Assembly: GCF_006345805.1 (NCBI RefSeq)
Contig: NC_042998.1
Span: 81,406,001 to 81,470,000, forward strand
DNA length: 64,000 bases
From: Octopus sinensis
Taxonomy: Eukaryota
Reading direction: 5' to 3'
Under the pieces are notes generated by a model, which saw only the letters and a program-made list of their open reading frames with translations, searched no databases and had not been told where the DNA came from. Both the position numbers and the translations under genes were made by a program. Shown here in pieces: positions 44,138-56,023 of the stretch (the stretch's first letter is position 1; every line of letters starts with the position of its first letter).

Positions 44138-44168
<31 letters not shown>

Positions 44169-46642
44169 AGGGAGAGAGAGAGGAAGTGAGAAAGAGAGAG
44201 GTTCCTAGATAGTAGATAAATAAGCTTTCTGTCTATTTAGCAGGAATTTGTGCGTGTGTGACAATATCGCTGTAGATAACACATCTTCGTGCTGTGTTCT
44301 ATGGCCAATTCATTATCCGGTTTTTGACAACAGAAAAATTTCATTGTTATCATTCTTTTCCAACTTTTCCTTTCCTAATACTCTCGTTAATTTGATTTTC
44401 TTTAAATGTGATAGGAAGCATCAGTATTCAACATTTCATTTCAAATGCCATTATCTCCTCCTCGTTTTCATCATCCTACACTTAAGATCCACACTAATCT
44501 GCCTATGAAATTACTATCGCTCTGAAAATCAAAATGTTGTAGATGGTTTAGATATTCATGTTTTCTTTTCACATATATTTATTTTATGTCACCAAATATA
44601 GTCTAATATATTAAAAGCTATTGTATTTTCTGTAATCCATGAGTTTACTTCATTCTTTGATCTCAGATCTTCTGTCATTTTACTTCTAACAGTGAAATTC
44701 ATTAAGTTCTCTCTGGATGACGTCTTAGAAGGAATTGTGTTCCCTTAGATAGGAGACAGTGATCATATATGCATTTTGCTCATCTTTTACTTCAGTAATT
44801 ATTTCTATACCACACAAATTATTTCTATACCACTTAGTGGCGTGATATCAATGTTTAGAACATATATGGGCAATACTAATGTTAAACCGTTGTCAGTATG
44901 CCACGTAGATATTTGCTATATTTTTTTTCGTTAGAGTAACACATACAAGCAATTCTTTTGGGATAAATTTCGACCTCGGGATTGGGAATCGAAAATTCTA
45001 TCCTTCTGGAGTGAAAGTTCGGATCACGTGAGATGAAACGCTGACATTACGTACAATATGGCATTAACCTACTGTCTGAATAATTGTATAATGATTTCTT
45101 AGTCTAATATTAGATAGCTAACGAGAAAGGCAGTCAAATAAACTGGTCTCGGTATTTGACTAACATCTGCTTCCTTTAAACTAAACAAGATAAGATATAA
45201 ATTCAAAATATAAACTAACGCTGTAAAGTATTTCGTCTGAAAATTTACTAAGTTTGGCAATTATTTTCATGTATACATGCTACCATTCAGTGGTGATGTC
45301 TAAACCAAAGTAGGAACGTCTACATATTCTATCATCCTTCTAGGAATAGTAGCAAAATGTCGCTCCCCAAATCAAACCTTACCGACTTAAAAATTAGAAC
45401 TCGTAACGCAATCACCGAAAGAAAATATGCAGCAAAAATCTCAATACAGCTGGTATAATTTTGGGTGTTTTTTTTTTCTTTACCAGAGCTAACATAGGAC
45501 TTAATAAACAAAAGCTATCACAAAAACCAATACCAACACCACCTCAAAACCTACGAGAACAAGATCAAATACAACCATCACAGCAACCACATTGAGGCAA
45601 TTTATCTTAACATTACGTATTGTATTCTGTCATAGCAAACGTTTATGGCTAATGTAATGAATGAGATGAAGAAAAGTCAAATTATAAGCAAAAACTGATA
45701 ACAAAAAAGAAAATTAATGAAGTAATAAAATGTTCAATATGGCTGATATAAAATACCTCAGGGTATTGTGCTACATTCTGAATATAAATACACTAGGACA
45801 TCTATAATAAAATATTATTCTTTGAAAATATGTTCTCAACTATGATTATTAGATAAATTCTCCCTCTATGCTTTTCAGTATCTTAAAACAACAAGGGAAT
45901 ATCTCTCACAAGATTAATTGTTCGGAAAAGCTTAGAAATATAGAAAATGCAGATTGAAATGGATTCGGTCTTTACTCACATCTGGTGAAAAATTGACATA
46001 CTTCAGTCCCTTTAGACGCCTTCAGTTAAGTATATTTTACCATGACGGTAAAAAAAAAAAAAGTGTATAGAGAATGCGTTGCTTTTACGCTACAATAATC
46101 TGTTGGTTTAAAGATGTGTTTCACTTCAGTCTGCTGTGTCAGTGTTGCCCAAATATTTCAATCGTAATTTAAACATCTTGCGTATTGAAGCCCCCGCGTG
46201 TATCTGTATTTAATATGCTACACAATCCTTTGAGTGTACAAAATATATATTTTTTAAACAGTTTTATGCAAAGTGCTGTTGTACTCAACTAGTCAAAAAC
46301 TATGTTATGCTGATTCTACTTAACGATTACCTTAAATGTATACTTGTCTGCGGAGTGTTCAGACTGGATAATCTTAGTTACTCAGCAGCCCTACTATTTA
46401 AACATTTCAATACCATGAATGAATTCTGAGTTACTCCTCCACTCATTGAATGACATAGAGTGAATACATTGAATAGTTAGGCAAACTTTTATTGGTTAAT
46501 GTTATTGGTGTCAAAGATCCCTATTGACTGTCCATATAAGCACTGTATTTAAAATAATGAAAGTAATAGATGAAATGTGGAGGTCAGAATTGTGAAGATT
46601 GGAGCAGAGAGAAAAAGAGACGGAAAAACGGAATATGTACAT

Positions 46643-46851
46643 AGGTTTTAAATTTTGCTACAGGACCTGCAGCTTCGGGGAAGGGAGCAAGTCTATTACA
46701 TGGACCTCAGTTGACACTTATTTTATCGACCCCGAAATGATGAAAGGCAAAGTCGACCACAGTGGGATTTGAACTCAGAACGTAAAGACGGATGAAATGA
46801 CGCTATCCCTTTTTGTCCGGCGTGCTAACGATTCTGCCAGCTCGGCGCCTT
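46643..46851 (-). mobile_element. SINE family A
   Basis: aaaggcaaagtcgacc...tttgaactcagaacgtaa...ctgccagctcggcgcc. Confidence 0.85.
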
Positions 46852-47343
46852 AACGAGTATGAATATATGAAAATTATTTGATAAAGTGAATTTCTTTAAT
46901 CGTCAAATAAACGTCTATGAAAAATAATGTCTGAAAATATAAGGGTTGTTTATAAAGAAGGAAAGGTAGATTAAAAGAAATCAGGCACGATGGGAGAAAG
47001 TAAAAAACAATAATGTTGTTGTGTTGGAGTTAGTCATAAAAAGGATTTCTGAGAATGCAATATGTTGGGGAGCAATTAAAAAAAGAGTTGTATAAAAGAG
47101 TTGTATAATCAAGGAGTAAAAACTTTTTTTAGTCGTTTGATATATCTTAGTTGTTTGACACGATTTAGTAATTCACTTTGATTAGTTATTTTAGTCTATT
47201 TGTATATAACTTTTCTTGACAGGCCGTTCTATATATTTTGTATTTTCATGTGCATGGTAATATTTATATACGATGAAATGTATGGATGCGTGTTGTTATA
47301 TAAATTCGCTGACCCGAATTTGATGTTTGTTCCCTAATTGATG

Positions 47344-47379
<36 letters not shown>

Positions 47380-48621
47380 CAAGAAAAAATTGTAAAAAGG
47401 CAGAATGCAAAATTGAAAGAAAATTTTAATGAAAATGGGTGTATGGAAAAGTTTTTGAAAAATTGATAAAATATATATATATTAATTCAAACCGGTTTTC
47501 GTCATAATGTGACTTTTCAAGAATTGTAGAGAAAAATTTTTTTTAAATGTGAGGAGGGGGAAAAAAGAAAATTACATTGTTTTTTGCAAAAAAATAAAAA
47601 TAAATATATACAAAAATTTAAAAATAGGTACTCCGATACATTGTACAGTCTTTGTGTATCTTGAGTTTAATGATTGTTCACGAAAAAATTACCTTGAAGT
47701 ATTGAGATCCAATGGGATTAAATCCATGTGTTGTTTAATTTAATTAAGGGTGTCTCTTAAGTGCATGGCAAAACAGGAAGTAATAGTAGTCAAGTTCCTG
47801 TGTTGTGAATAAGGGGAGACAACTCTATGGGTTTTAAGCTCTTCAATTTGTGTTTATCAATTTTTTGTAATAAAGGGTGTTAATAAACCTTAAATTATAG
47901 AATTATCATTTTAGCTTCATTTGCATTATCTTTTTTATATAATTGTGTGCTAACTTAACATTCAGATTTTAACCTTCCGCTGCCGTTGGTATAGGGCTTA
48001 CATCTGGCCAAAATCTTCCAAGACCATCATATATGAAGCTACCGTAAACTCTATAACCACTAAAGACACCGTTTCGACGAAGAAATACGTGGGCCTGACA
48101 GAGGGTAATTTCAAGGCCAGGTTCAATAACCACACTTTGAGCTTTAGGCACTGGAACAAAAGAAAAGCGACACAATTATCCAATCATATTTGGTCTTTAA
48201 GAGATAAAGGTGTCGATTATAACATACAATGGAAGATTTTGGCAAGATGTAAGCCCTATACCAACGGCAGCGGAAGGTGCGGTTTATGCGACATGGAGAG
48301 ATGGCTTATCTGGAAAAGCAGCTTAGACCCTACCACATGTCTAAATACAAGGACAGAGCTTTTCGGATCATGCCCACATGTGACTAAATTTCTGTTACGT
48401 TTTTGGTCCCCTAAAGAAAACGGATAGAACATGCTTTCTGTGTAATGTCCCAAGAAGATTTTATATATTTTTATATATTTTTATATATTTTTATGTATTT
48501 TTATATACTTTTTATGACGAAAAATGCGAGCGATGTATAAGTACACAGGCAAAGCAGAGTTATAACAGAGTAATTTCCCTTCATTTTTAACGGTATTTTT
48601 TCATAACGTTTTCAAATAGCC

Positions 48622-48684
48622 AGATAACCGAAGAGATGGTGTTGTGGATTTCCACTTCGGCATCTGAAACTCAGAGTTTTATCT
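48622..48684 (+). ncRNA. Type I hammerhead ribozyme-like motif (variant core), copy 1
   Basis: Helix I agataa/ttatct. Core CCGAAGA (U4C). Helix II gatg..gtgg/ccac..catc with an extra U before GAAA. Helix III ACUC-A-GAGU, GUU site. Confidence 0.6.
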
Positions 48685-48889
48685 TGACTACCGAGTAATG
48701 TAACATATTGTATAGATAAATTTCCTCTATTTACATAATATTGAGGTCTCTTTCTTTCTTTTGTTATCTTACCGTTTTATCAATAAATCACCTCCCGGAC
48801 GACGTTATTCTCAACTAAGAGCTAATACGACCCTTTGGGGATTATCGCCTAACATTGGTTGAGGACTCTCACAAACAAAAGAATCTAAT

Positions 48890-51010
48890 ATGGACGCATA
48901 TCACATAGATTATTCTATGAAAAATATACCGATCCCATCAAAGGATTTTTACTCTAAGAAACTTCTGCAAAAAATTACTGATGTAATTAAGCGTATGAGA
49001 TGGAAGGCTTTCTTTTTTGACACAGAAGCGAACACCAAGGAAAACATTTGCTATCGGATAAAATCCAAAAAATTCCCTCCTAGGATTAAAGGCTTGGAAG
49101 ATTTCGAAGCGGACCTGCTGAAGATCATGAGCAAAATAAAGTTTCGTAAGTCTTTTAACAATTTCCAACATAAATTGAAAAAAGATATTGATCATATAAA
49201 AAGCTCCAACAAAAAAGCACTTTTTTCGGATAAAACCAAGAACTTATACCTGGTAGATAACAGCAAATACACACAACTCTTACACAACAGCATCATTAAT
49301 AATTATACTAAGGCTAGGGCACAGACATATAACGAAATTAATAAAGAAGCTAGCGTCATCGCCGCTAAACTTAAATTAGATAAAAAAAATAGAAACCCTC
49401 CCCCAAAAAGAGGCCTTTATTACTATTAAAGACCACAAAGAAAACTTCCTTTCCAATCCTAAATGTAGGCTTATCAACCCAGCCAAGTCAGAACTAGGGA
49501 TTATTAGCAAAGAAATTTTAGATAAAATAAATACGAAAATTAAGACCGACACTAGGCTAGTGCAATGGTCCAATAGTATAGAAGTCGTAGACTGGTTTAA
49601 AGCTATTAAGAATAAGAAAAAAGCGAGGTTTACACAATTCGATATTGTTGATTTTTATGCCTCTATCTCTAAAGAACTGCTAGATAAAGCCCTAATCTTC
49701 GCTAGTGACTTCATAGAAATTAGTACCAATGATAAGGATATAATCTTCCATGCTAGAAAGACATTACTTTCAGTGAGAATGCAAAGTGGGTAAAAAACAC
49801 CGACACGGAGGGCGCTTTCGATGTGAGCATGGGTTCATATGATGGGGCAGGCATCTGTGATCTAATTGGACTCTTTCTCCTAGATACCTTCGGTAAGACA
49901 TTCCCTAACGTACATTTCGCCATCTACAAAGATGATGCCCTCGCCTAACAGCTAATACAAATGGACCAGCACAAGATCGTTTTAGGAAGGATATTATCCA
50001 GTTAATGAAACACTTCGGACTTAGTATAACTATAGACACTAACCTGACGGTTGTCAATTTCTTAGACGTTCCTTAGATCTTAATAATAATATTATAAGCC
50101 TTATAGGAAGCCCAATGACAGACTAAGTTATATTAATGTAGGTTCATGCCATCCCCTATAGTATTCAAAAATTTAGTTAAAAATATTAGTAAGAGGATTT
50201 CTAGCCTCTCATCTAATGAGGACATCTTCAATAGCGTTGCCCCAGTTTATAATAAAGCTTTAAAAGATAGTGGTTTTAGCGAAAAAATAAAATATACACC
50301 TATCACCAGCCCAACAATAAGGAAAAGGAATAATAGAAATAGGAAGGTCATCTGGTTTACGCCCCCTTACTCACCCGAGGTGGCCTTCAATATAGGTAAA
50401 TATTTCCTAGCACTGATAGATAGACAGTTTCCAGTTAACCATGCTTATAGGAAACTCTTCAATAGACACAATTTAAAAATTAGTTTTAGTTCAACTACCA
50501 ATTTTAAAAACATAATCAATCATAACATACAAAAAACACAAGAAGAAAACATCTGTTCATGCAGGAATAAAGAATTGTGCCCGCTAAATGGAGCTTGCAT
50601 GTCCAAGACCATCATATATGAAGCTACCGTAAACACTATAACCACTAAAGACACCGTTTCGACGAAGAAGAAATACGTGGGCCCTGACAGAGGGTAATTT
50701 CAAGGCCAGGTTCAATAACCACACTTTGAGCTTTAGGCACTGGAACAAAAGAAAAGCGACACAATTATCCAATCATATTTGGTCTTTAAGAGATAAAGGT
50801 GTCGATTATAACATACATGGAAGATTTGGCCAGATGTAAGCCCTATACCAACGGCAGCGGAAGGTGCGGTTTATGCGACATGGAGAGATGGCTTATCTGG
50901 AAAAAGCAGCTTAGACCCTACCACATCTAAATACAAGGACAGAGCATTTCGGATCATGCCCACATGTGACTAAATTTCTGTTACGTTTTTGGTCCCCTAA
51001 AGAAAACGGA
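48890..51010 (+). pseudogene. PLE RT + GIY-YIG ORF broken by 1-2 bp indels
   Basis: Reconstructable across shifts near 49385, 49770, 49945, 50071, 50092, 50150, 50682 and 50817-50925. YKDD at 49925-49936. Intact EN C-terminus in upstream copy ORF 48089-48427. Confidence 0.9.
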
Positions 51011-51206
51011 TAGAACATGCTTTCTGTGTAATGTCCCAAGAAGATTTTATATATTTTTATATATTTTTATATATTTTTATGTATTTTTATATACTTTTTA
51101 TGACGAAAAATGCGAGCGATGTATAAGTACACAGGCAAAGCAGAGTTATAACAGAGTAAATTTCCTTCATTTTTAACGGTATTTTTCATAACGTTTCCAA
51201 ATAGCC

Positions 51207-51269
51207 AGATAACCGAAGAGATGGTGTTTGGGATTTCCACTTCGGCATCTGAAACTCAGAGTTTTATCT
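51207..51269 (+). ncRNA. Type I hammerhead ribozyme-like motif (variant core), copy 2
   Basis: Same as 48622-48684, in the downstream pLTR. Confidence 0.6.
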
Positions 51270-51551
51270 TGACTACCGAGTAATGTAAACATATTGTATA
51301 GATAAATTTCCTCTATTACATAATATTGAGGTCTCTTTCTTTCTTTGTTATCTTACCGTTTTATCAATATATATATATTATATATATATATATTTATGTC
51401 ATGTATAAAATATGAAGCTATGTGTGTGTATATACATATATATATATATACAGAGAGAGAGAGAGAGAGGGAGAGAGAGAGAGAGAGAGGAGAGCGAGAG
51501 AGGGATCGACAGTATATATATATATTATATATATATATTATATATATACAT

Positions 51552-51575
51552 ATAGATAGATAGATAGATAGATAG

Positions 51576-51618
<43 letters not shown>

Positions 51619-51623
51619 GTAGG

Positions 51624-51663
<40 letters not shown>

Positions 51664-51669
51664 AGATAG

Positions 51670-51709
<40 letters not shown>

Positions 51710-51712
51710 CAG
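51552..51712. repeat. (GATA)n microsatellite
   Basis: Direct reading of the sequence. Confidence 0.97.
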
Positions 51713-51910
51713 ACAGACTGACAGATAGCAGCACATTAGCGGCATGTAGTGAATGAGAATAAACGAATGTTAGGTTAGCTAAAATGTTTTTGACATATTT
51801 CAACTTCGAAAGGTAAATTCATCGCATTTACCGTGGAGAAAAATTCCTCCTATCGTAAATGGTGTAGAAACACCATATTTACCCAATGCTTTACTCTAGC
51901 AGCTTCCTAG

Positions 51911-52135
51911 ATGCGCGGTTCCGGAAGTTTGGCCTTCGTCAATGGAAATATCGAATGGGATACCGTGGGCAGATTCAAAGAAGTGATTAAAACAACAGTC
52001 AACATCAGCCGAATTAGCCGAACATGTGTCCTTCGAGCAGTCCTGACTGATTATGTCTACAGAACACACGAAACCACACGTAAAGTCTGTGGATTTTCGA
52101 GTCGGAATGGGGCTGTTGCCTCCCCTGTCAGCAGG
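51911..52135 (+). CDS. Candidate exon in a non-repetitive island (MRGSGSLAFVNGNIEWDTVGRFKEVIK...ASPVS)
   Basis: cttcctAG acceptor, CAG|GTATAC donor, open frame, complex composition. An antisense frame is also open, so the strand is uncertain. Confidence 0.25.
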
Positions 52136-52610
52136 TATACATCTGCACTCTTCCTACAGCATTAATAGTAATTTAACTCTTATTTATAGCCATGTAGGTG
52201 CGTCGGCGTTCTTACTAACATATAGTGTATATATATATACATATCGGTGCAAATGGTTTTGTTAAGCGGTGTCAAGTCCCACGTGTACGGGAAAGTCACA
52301 TTTTTCTGTCGAGGGCTTATATGTCCCATTATTAGACTATTTATTTGGTCATATCACTATAAGCTATAAGCCTATGAAAAATACCGTTATCATTATTACA
52401 TATATATATATATATATATATATTTCTACTAAGCAATAAAGGGTTTAGCAACGAATTGCCTTACCACATACCGAATTAGTATAAATAGCAGTCAAAGAGT
52501 TATAGCTATTTCTTCTACTAAAAAGGAGATCTCAGTAAAAACAGCAATTGGAAGGCAGACACAAACAGGTAAGAGCGAATGAATTGACGGCAATCTATCA
52601 TACAATTTTA

Positions 52611-52718
52611 AGTATCTACGGGACGCACGTTTCGAAATCAAGTTTTTAGGAAAGCATAAGAATTAAATATTAAATAATTCTACCTTACCAAAACTTCTTT
52701 CTCTTCAGCATAGATACT
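52611..52718 (-). ncRNA. Type I hammerhead ribozyme, minus-strand copy
   Basis: Reverse complement reads agtatctatg-CTGAAGA-gaaa...tttc-GAAA-C-gtgc-GTC-(c)cgtagatact. Confidence 0.8.
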
Positions 52719-53141
52719 ATAATCATAAATGATTATATATGAATTTTGAGATACTAGAAGGCACCAACTCAACTCAGTATCAGAGCGAGCTAGAATCCGC
52801 AACTAGTATCACCAAATTCAATGTGTGAATGAAAAGATGGTGTCACCAGCCCCTTCCCACCCGGTGTAGCCAAAACAAGATGCTGTGGTTATCTACTGAG
52901 ATAAAATATGGTTATCCGTAATAATGAAGGGTGAAATTAATTAATTTGGAATAATTATCAATTACACCAAGTAGTCTTCGGCATGTAAAAGCCTCATTCG
53001 AGGAAAATTTACACAATCTTTTCATTCACACATTGAATTTGGTGATACTAGTTGCGGATTCTAGCTCGCTCTGATACTGAGTTGAGTTGGTGCCTTCTAG
53101 TATCTCAAAATTCAATATATAATCATTTATGATTATAGTAT

Positions 53142-53242
53142 TCTACGCTGAAGAGAAAAGAAGTTTTGGTAAGGTAGAATTATTTAATATTTAATTCTTA
53201 TGCTTTCCTAAAAAACTTGATTTCGAAACGTGCGTCCGTAGA
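53142..53242 (+). ncRNA. Type I hammerhead ribozyme, canonical core, predicted GUC cleavage after 53236
   Basis: Helix I tctacg/cgtaga, CUGAAGA at 53148-53154, long helix II closed by G53155-C53224, GAAA at 53225-53228, minimal helix III ACGUGCGU. Confidence 0.88.
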
Positions 53243-53423
53243 TAACTTAAATTGTATGATAGATTGCCGTCAATTCATTCGCTCTTACCTGTTTCTGTCT
53301 GCCTTCCAATTGCTGTTTTTACTGAGATCTCCCTTTTTAGTAGAAGAAATAGCTATAACTCTTTGACTGCTATTTCTAAATTCGGTATGTGGTAAGGCAA
53401 TTCGTTGCTAAACCCTTTATTGT

Positions 53424-53518
<95 letters not shown>

Positions 53519-53529
53519 ATATATATATA

Positions 53530-53828
53530 AAACTAAAGTTATAGAACAAACAATGCAAGTCATCCACTTAATCATAGAAAATACATTTAGACATCACGGA
53601 AGAAGGTGTTTTAGGGTGATGCACCTGGTGCCTTAAACACAATAATATACCCCTGAAATAGCCATAGGGAAGTAGTAAATATGTTTCCTCTTTTTAAAAT
53701 AAGCCTCTCTTATTAGATAAGTAATTTATAAGATTTTCTAAACGATGAACCTTTATTTTATTTTACATTATATATTATAATTTTTTATATGCTTCCTATA
53801 TTTATATATGGTTTATATATTTTATATA

Positions 53829-53863
<35 letters not shown>

Positions 53864-54268
53864 ATATTATATATATATATAATATATATATATATATACT
53901 TTATACTATATTTTACGTTTTACCTTCTAGGTGTTGTAATGGTTTAAAAAAAAAAAATTTTTTCTTAATCGTAAAGTATTAACTTTTAACCGTGATGAAC
54001 TGTATTCACATATATTCACACATTTTTCTCGCACTTTCTTATATGCTTGTACAGATGAATTATATTCTATCTTCCGTGATGTCTAAATGTATTTTCTATG
54101 TTCGAGTTATGAAATGTTAAGTGGGTGGCCTTGCATTTGTTTGTTCTATAACTTTAGTTTGATATATTTGTCTCATTCAATGGAGCACTTCTATAGCTGT
54201 CCTTTTAAACATTTCGTTCCTTATTAAACATTTTGTTCCTGATAAGAAACAATAACTGTATTATTGAG

Positions 54269-54270
<2 letters not shown>
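53530..54270. mobile_element. Second foldback element (arms 53530-53603 / 54070-54160) between (TA)n tracts
   Basis: aaactaaagttatagaacaaac...catagaaaatacatttagacatcacggaaga is inverted at 54070-54160 with one internal indel. Confidence 0.7.
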
Positions 54271-54353
<83 letters not shown>

Positions 54354-54360
54354 CGTTTAT

Positions 54361-55406
54361 ATATTTGTTGTGCAAGATTTTTTATGTGAAGTTGTGTGTT
54401 GAAACAGACATTGTTGTATTTCGGAATGGTCATTTTGCCAGTTTAGCCCCCCCAAAAAAAAACACACGCACTATATATTTGCTGTTACTTTGCTTCAGTG
54501 TTATTTATTTTTTACCTTAATCTGAATCTTATTTCGGCCAGAGTTCTTTCGTCACACTCCTTAAGGTAGGAAATATCTCATCGATTTTGTACCAACACGC
54601 CGAGCAGGAACACAGGGGATCAATCAACAACATAGAGGTTAAAAACTTGTCCACACATAGAACAGATGCAACAATCAGACAAATTATAGAAGCTACACAC
54701 ATAATAGAAGATAGACCTAGCCTGAATAGGAAACTGGAATGGAACACTAGCACACACCACAACATATGACAGAAGAGGATCCCCATAAACTGGTTACAAT
54801 ATAAACAAAACCGAAAACATAATAAATAAAAACAGATCAGAAAATAAACAAATAGAAATAAATAACTATATATGTTTTTTTTTAAATTTAAAGGATAAAA
54901 AAATTTTTTTTGAAATGTTTTATTATTATTATTATTGTTATTACTAGTATTGTTGTTATACATACATACATACATACATACATACAAGCATACGTAATAA
55001 TAATAATAATGATAATAACAGTAATAGTAAGTGGATGTAAACATGAACAAATAAAAAAAGAATAAACAAAAACAAATTACACGGACGTATATAAACAGAA
55101 GATATTACAGGCATTCGCCCCACACACATACATGCTAACTAAACATAGACGCATATAGAGATATACGCATGCGCAAATGAAGACATACAATAGAAATACA
55201 AAATGGCTGACGGTTAGTAAGGAGAGACACACAAATAAGAAAGAAGAAAGCAAAGGGCCACTGATGCGGTCACAGGAGTGTGCCGAAAGAACTCTAACCG
55301 AAATAAGATTAAGATTGATGTAAAAAATAAATAACACTGAAGCAAAGTAACACCAAATATATAGTGCATGTGTTTTTATTGGCTAAACTGGCAAAATGAC
55401 CATTCC
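54361..55406 (+). mobile_element. 5'-truncated PLE with inverted pLTR (arms 54423-54561 / 55274-55406), GIY-YIG C-terminal fragment and degenerate hammerhead (55256-55299)
   Basis: ORF 54587-54769 QHAEQEH..THRTDATIRQIIEATHI..PSLNRKLEW resembles a PLE endonuclease end. ggcca-CTGATG..gtcac/gtgtg..GAAA. (TA)n flanks. Confidence 0.8.
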
Positions 55407-55448
55407 AAATATATATATAATGTAAATACTTATGGACTCTCGTACTCT

Positions 55449-55833
55449 CTCTTTTACTCTTTTACTCTTTTACTTGTTTCAGTCATTTGAGCAAATCGAC
55501 CCCGGGACTTATTCTTTTTGTAAGCCCAGTACTTATTCTATCGGTCTCTTTTACCGAACCGCTAAGTAACGGGGACGTAAACACACCAGCATCGGTTGTC
55601 AAGCAATGCTAGGGGGACAAACACAGACACACAAACATATATACACACATATATATATATACATATATACGACAGACTTCTTTCAGTTTCCGTCTACCAA
55701 ATCCACTCACAAGGCATTGGTCGGCCCGGGGCTATAGCAGAAGACACTTGCCTAAGATGCCACGCAGTGGGACTGAACCCGGAACCATGTGGTTGGTTAG
55801 CAAGCTACTTACCACACAGCCACTCCTGCGCCT
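55449..55833 (-). mobile_element. SINE family B (small internal deletion)
   Basis: Reverse complement of 8214-8656. Confidence 0.88.
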
Positions 55834-55869
55834 GGACTGTTGTCGATCTTTTCCTTCTTCTTTTTCGTT

Positions 55870-56000
55870 TCGACTTACCTATGAATCCTGTTTCCGAAGA
55901 GCTTTGCTCGAAACGTAAAACAACCACTCTTTCTTTCCTTGGCCGAGAGTCCTATTAATACGTCGCGCGTTGTCGCTTTTTGCATGTCTTTTTATTCCGT
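55870..56000 (+). mobile_element. Solo PLE pLTR remnant with degenerate hammerhead (55888-55920)
   Basis: gagc-ttt-gctc-GAAA-cgta. Related to 17990-18145. Confidence 0.45.
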
Positions 56001-56023
56001 TTTATTGATTATGTGTATATATA

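Larger units (their letters stand above)
47972..51369 (+). mobile_element. Penelope-like element, Naiad-type, near full length: 49-bp inverted tip, partial upstream repeat (48017-48785), ORF, pLTR (50602-51369)
   Basis: ~770-bp direct repeats. N-terminal YSMKNIPIP..KRMRWKAFFF, DKT motif, RT with MGSYDGA and YKDD, CSC..CPLNGAC linker, C-terminal GIY-YIG. Confidence 0.92.
52424..53422. mobile_element. ~1 kb non-coding foldback element (arms 52434-52838 / 53016-53422), PLE pLTR-derived, inside (TA)n
   Basis: ~405-bp near-identical inverted arms, 177-bp spacer, (TA)n on both sides, a hammerhead in each arm. Confidence 0.88.

Noticed and set aside
48430-48600. Possible selenoprotein or SECIS, as reported for some Naiad PLEs
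   Set aside because: All linker and EN cysteines are TGT/TGC, and no in-frame TGA was found in the rebuilt ORF. The ATGAC...GAT at ~48514-48530 is too short for a SECIS helix II.
52940-53005. Extra hammerhead-like string in the palindrome spacer (gaatga-ggc..gcc-gaag on the minus strand)
   Set aside because: Core deviates at several invariant positions and no helix I or III pairing is evident.
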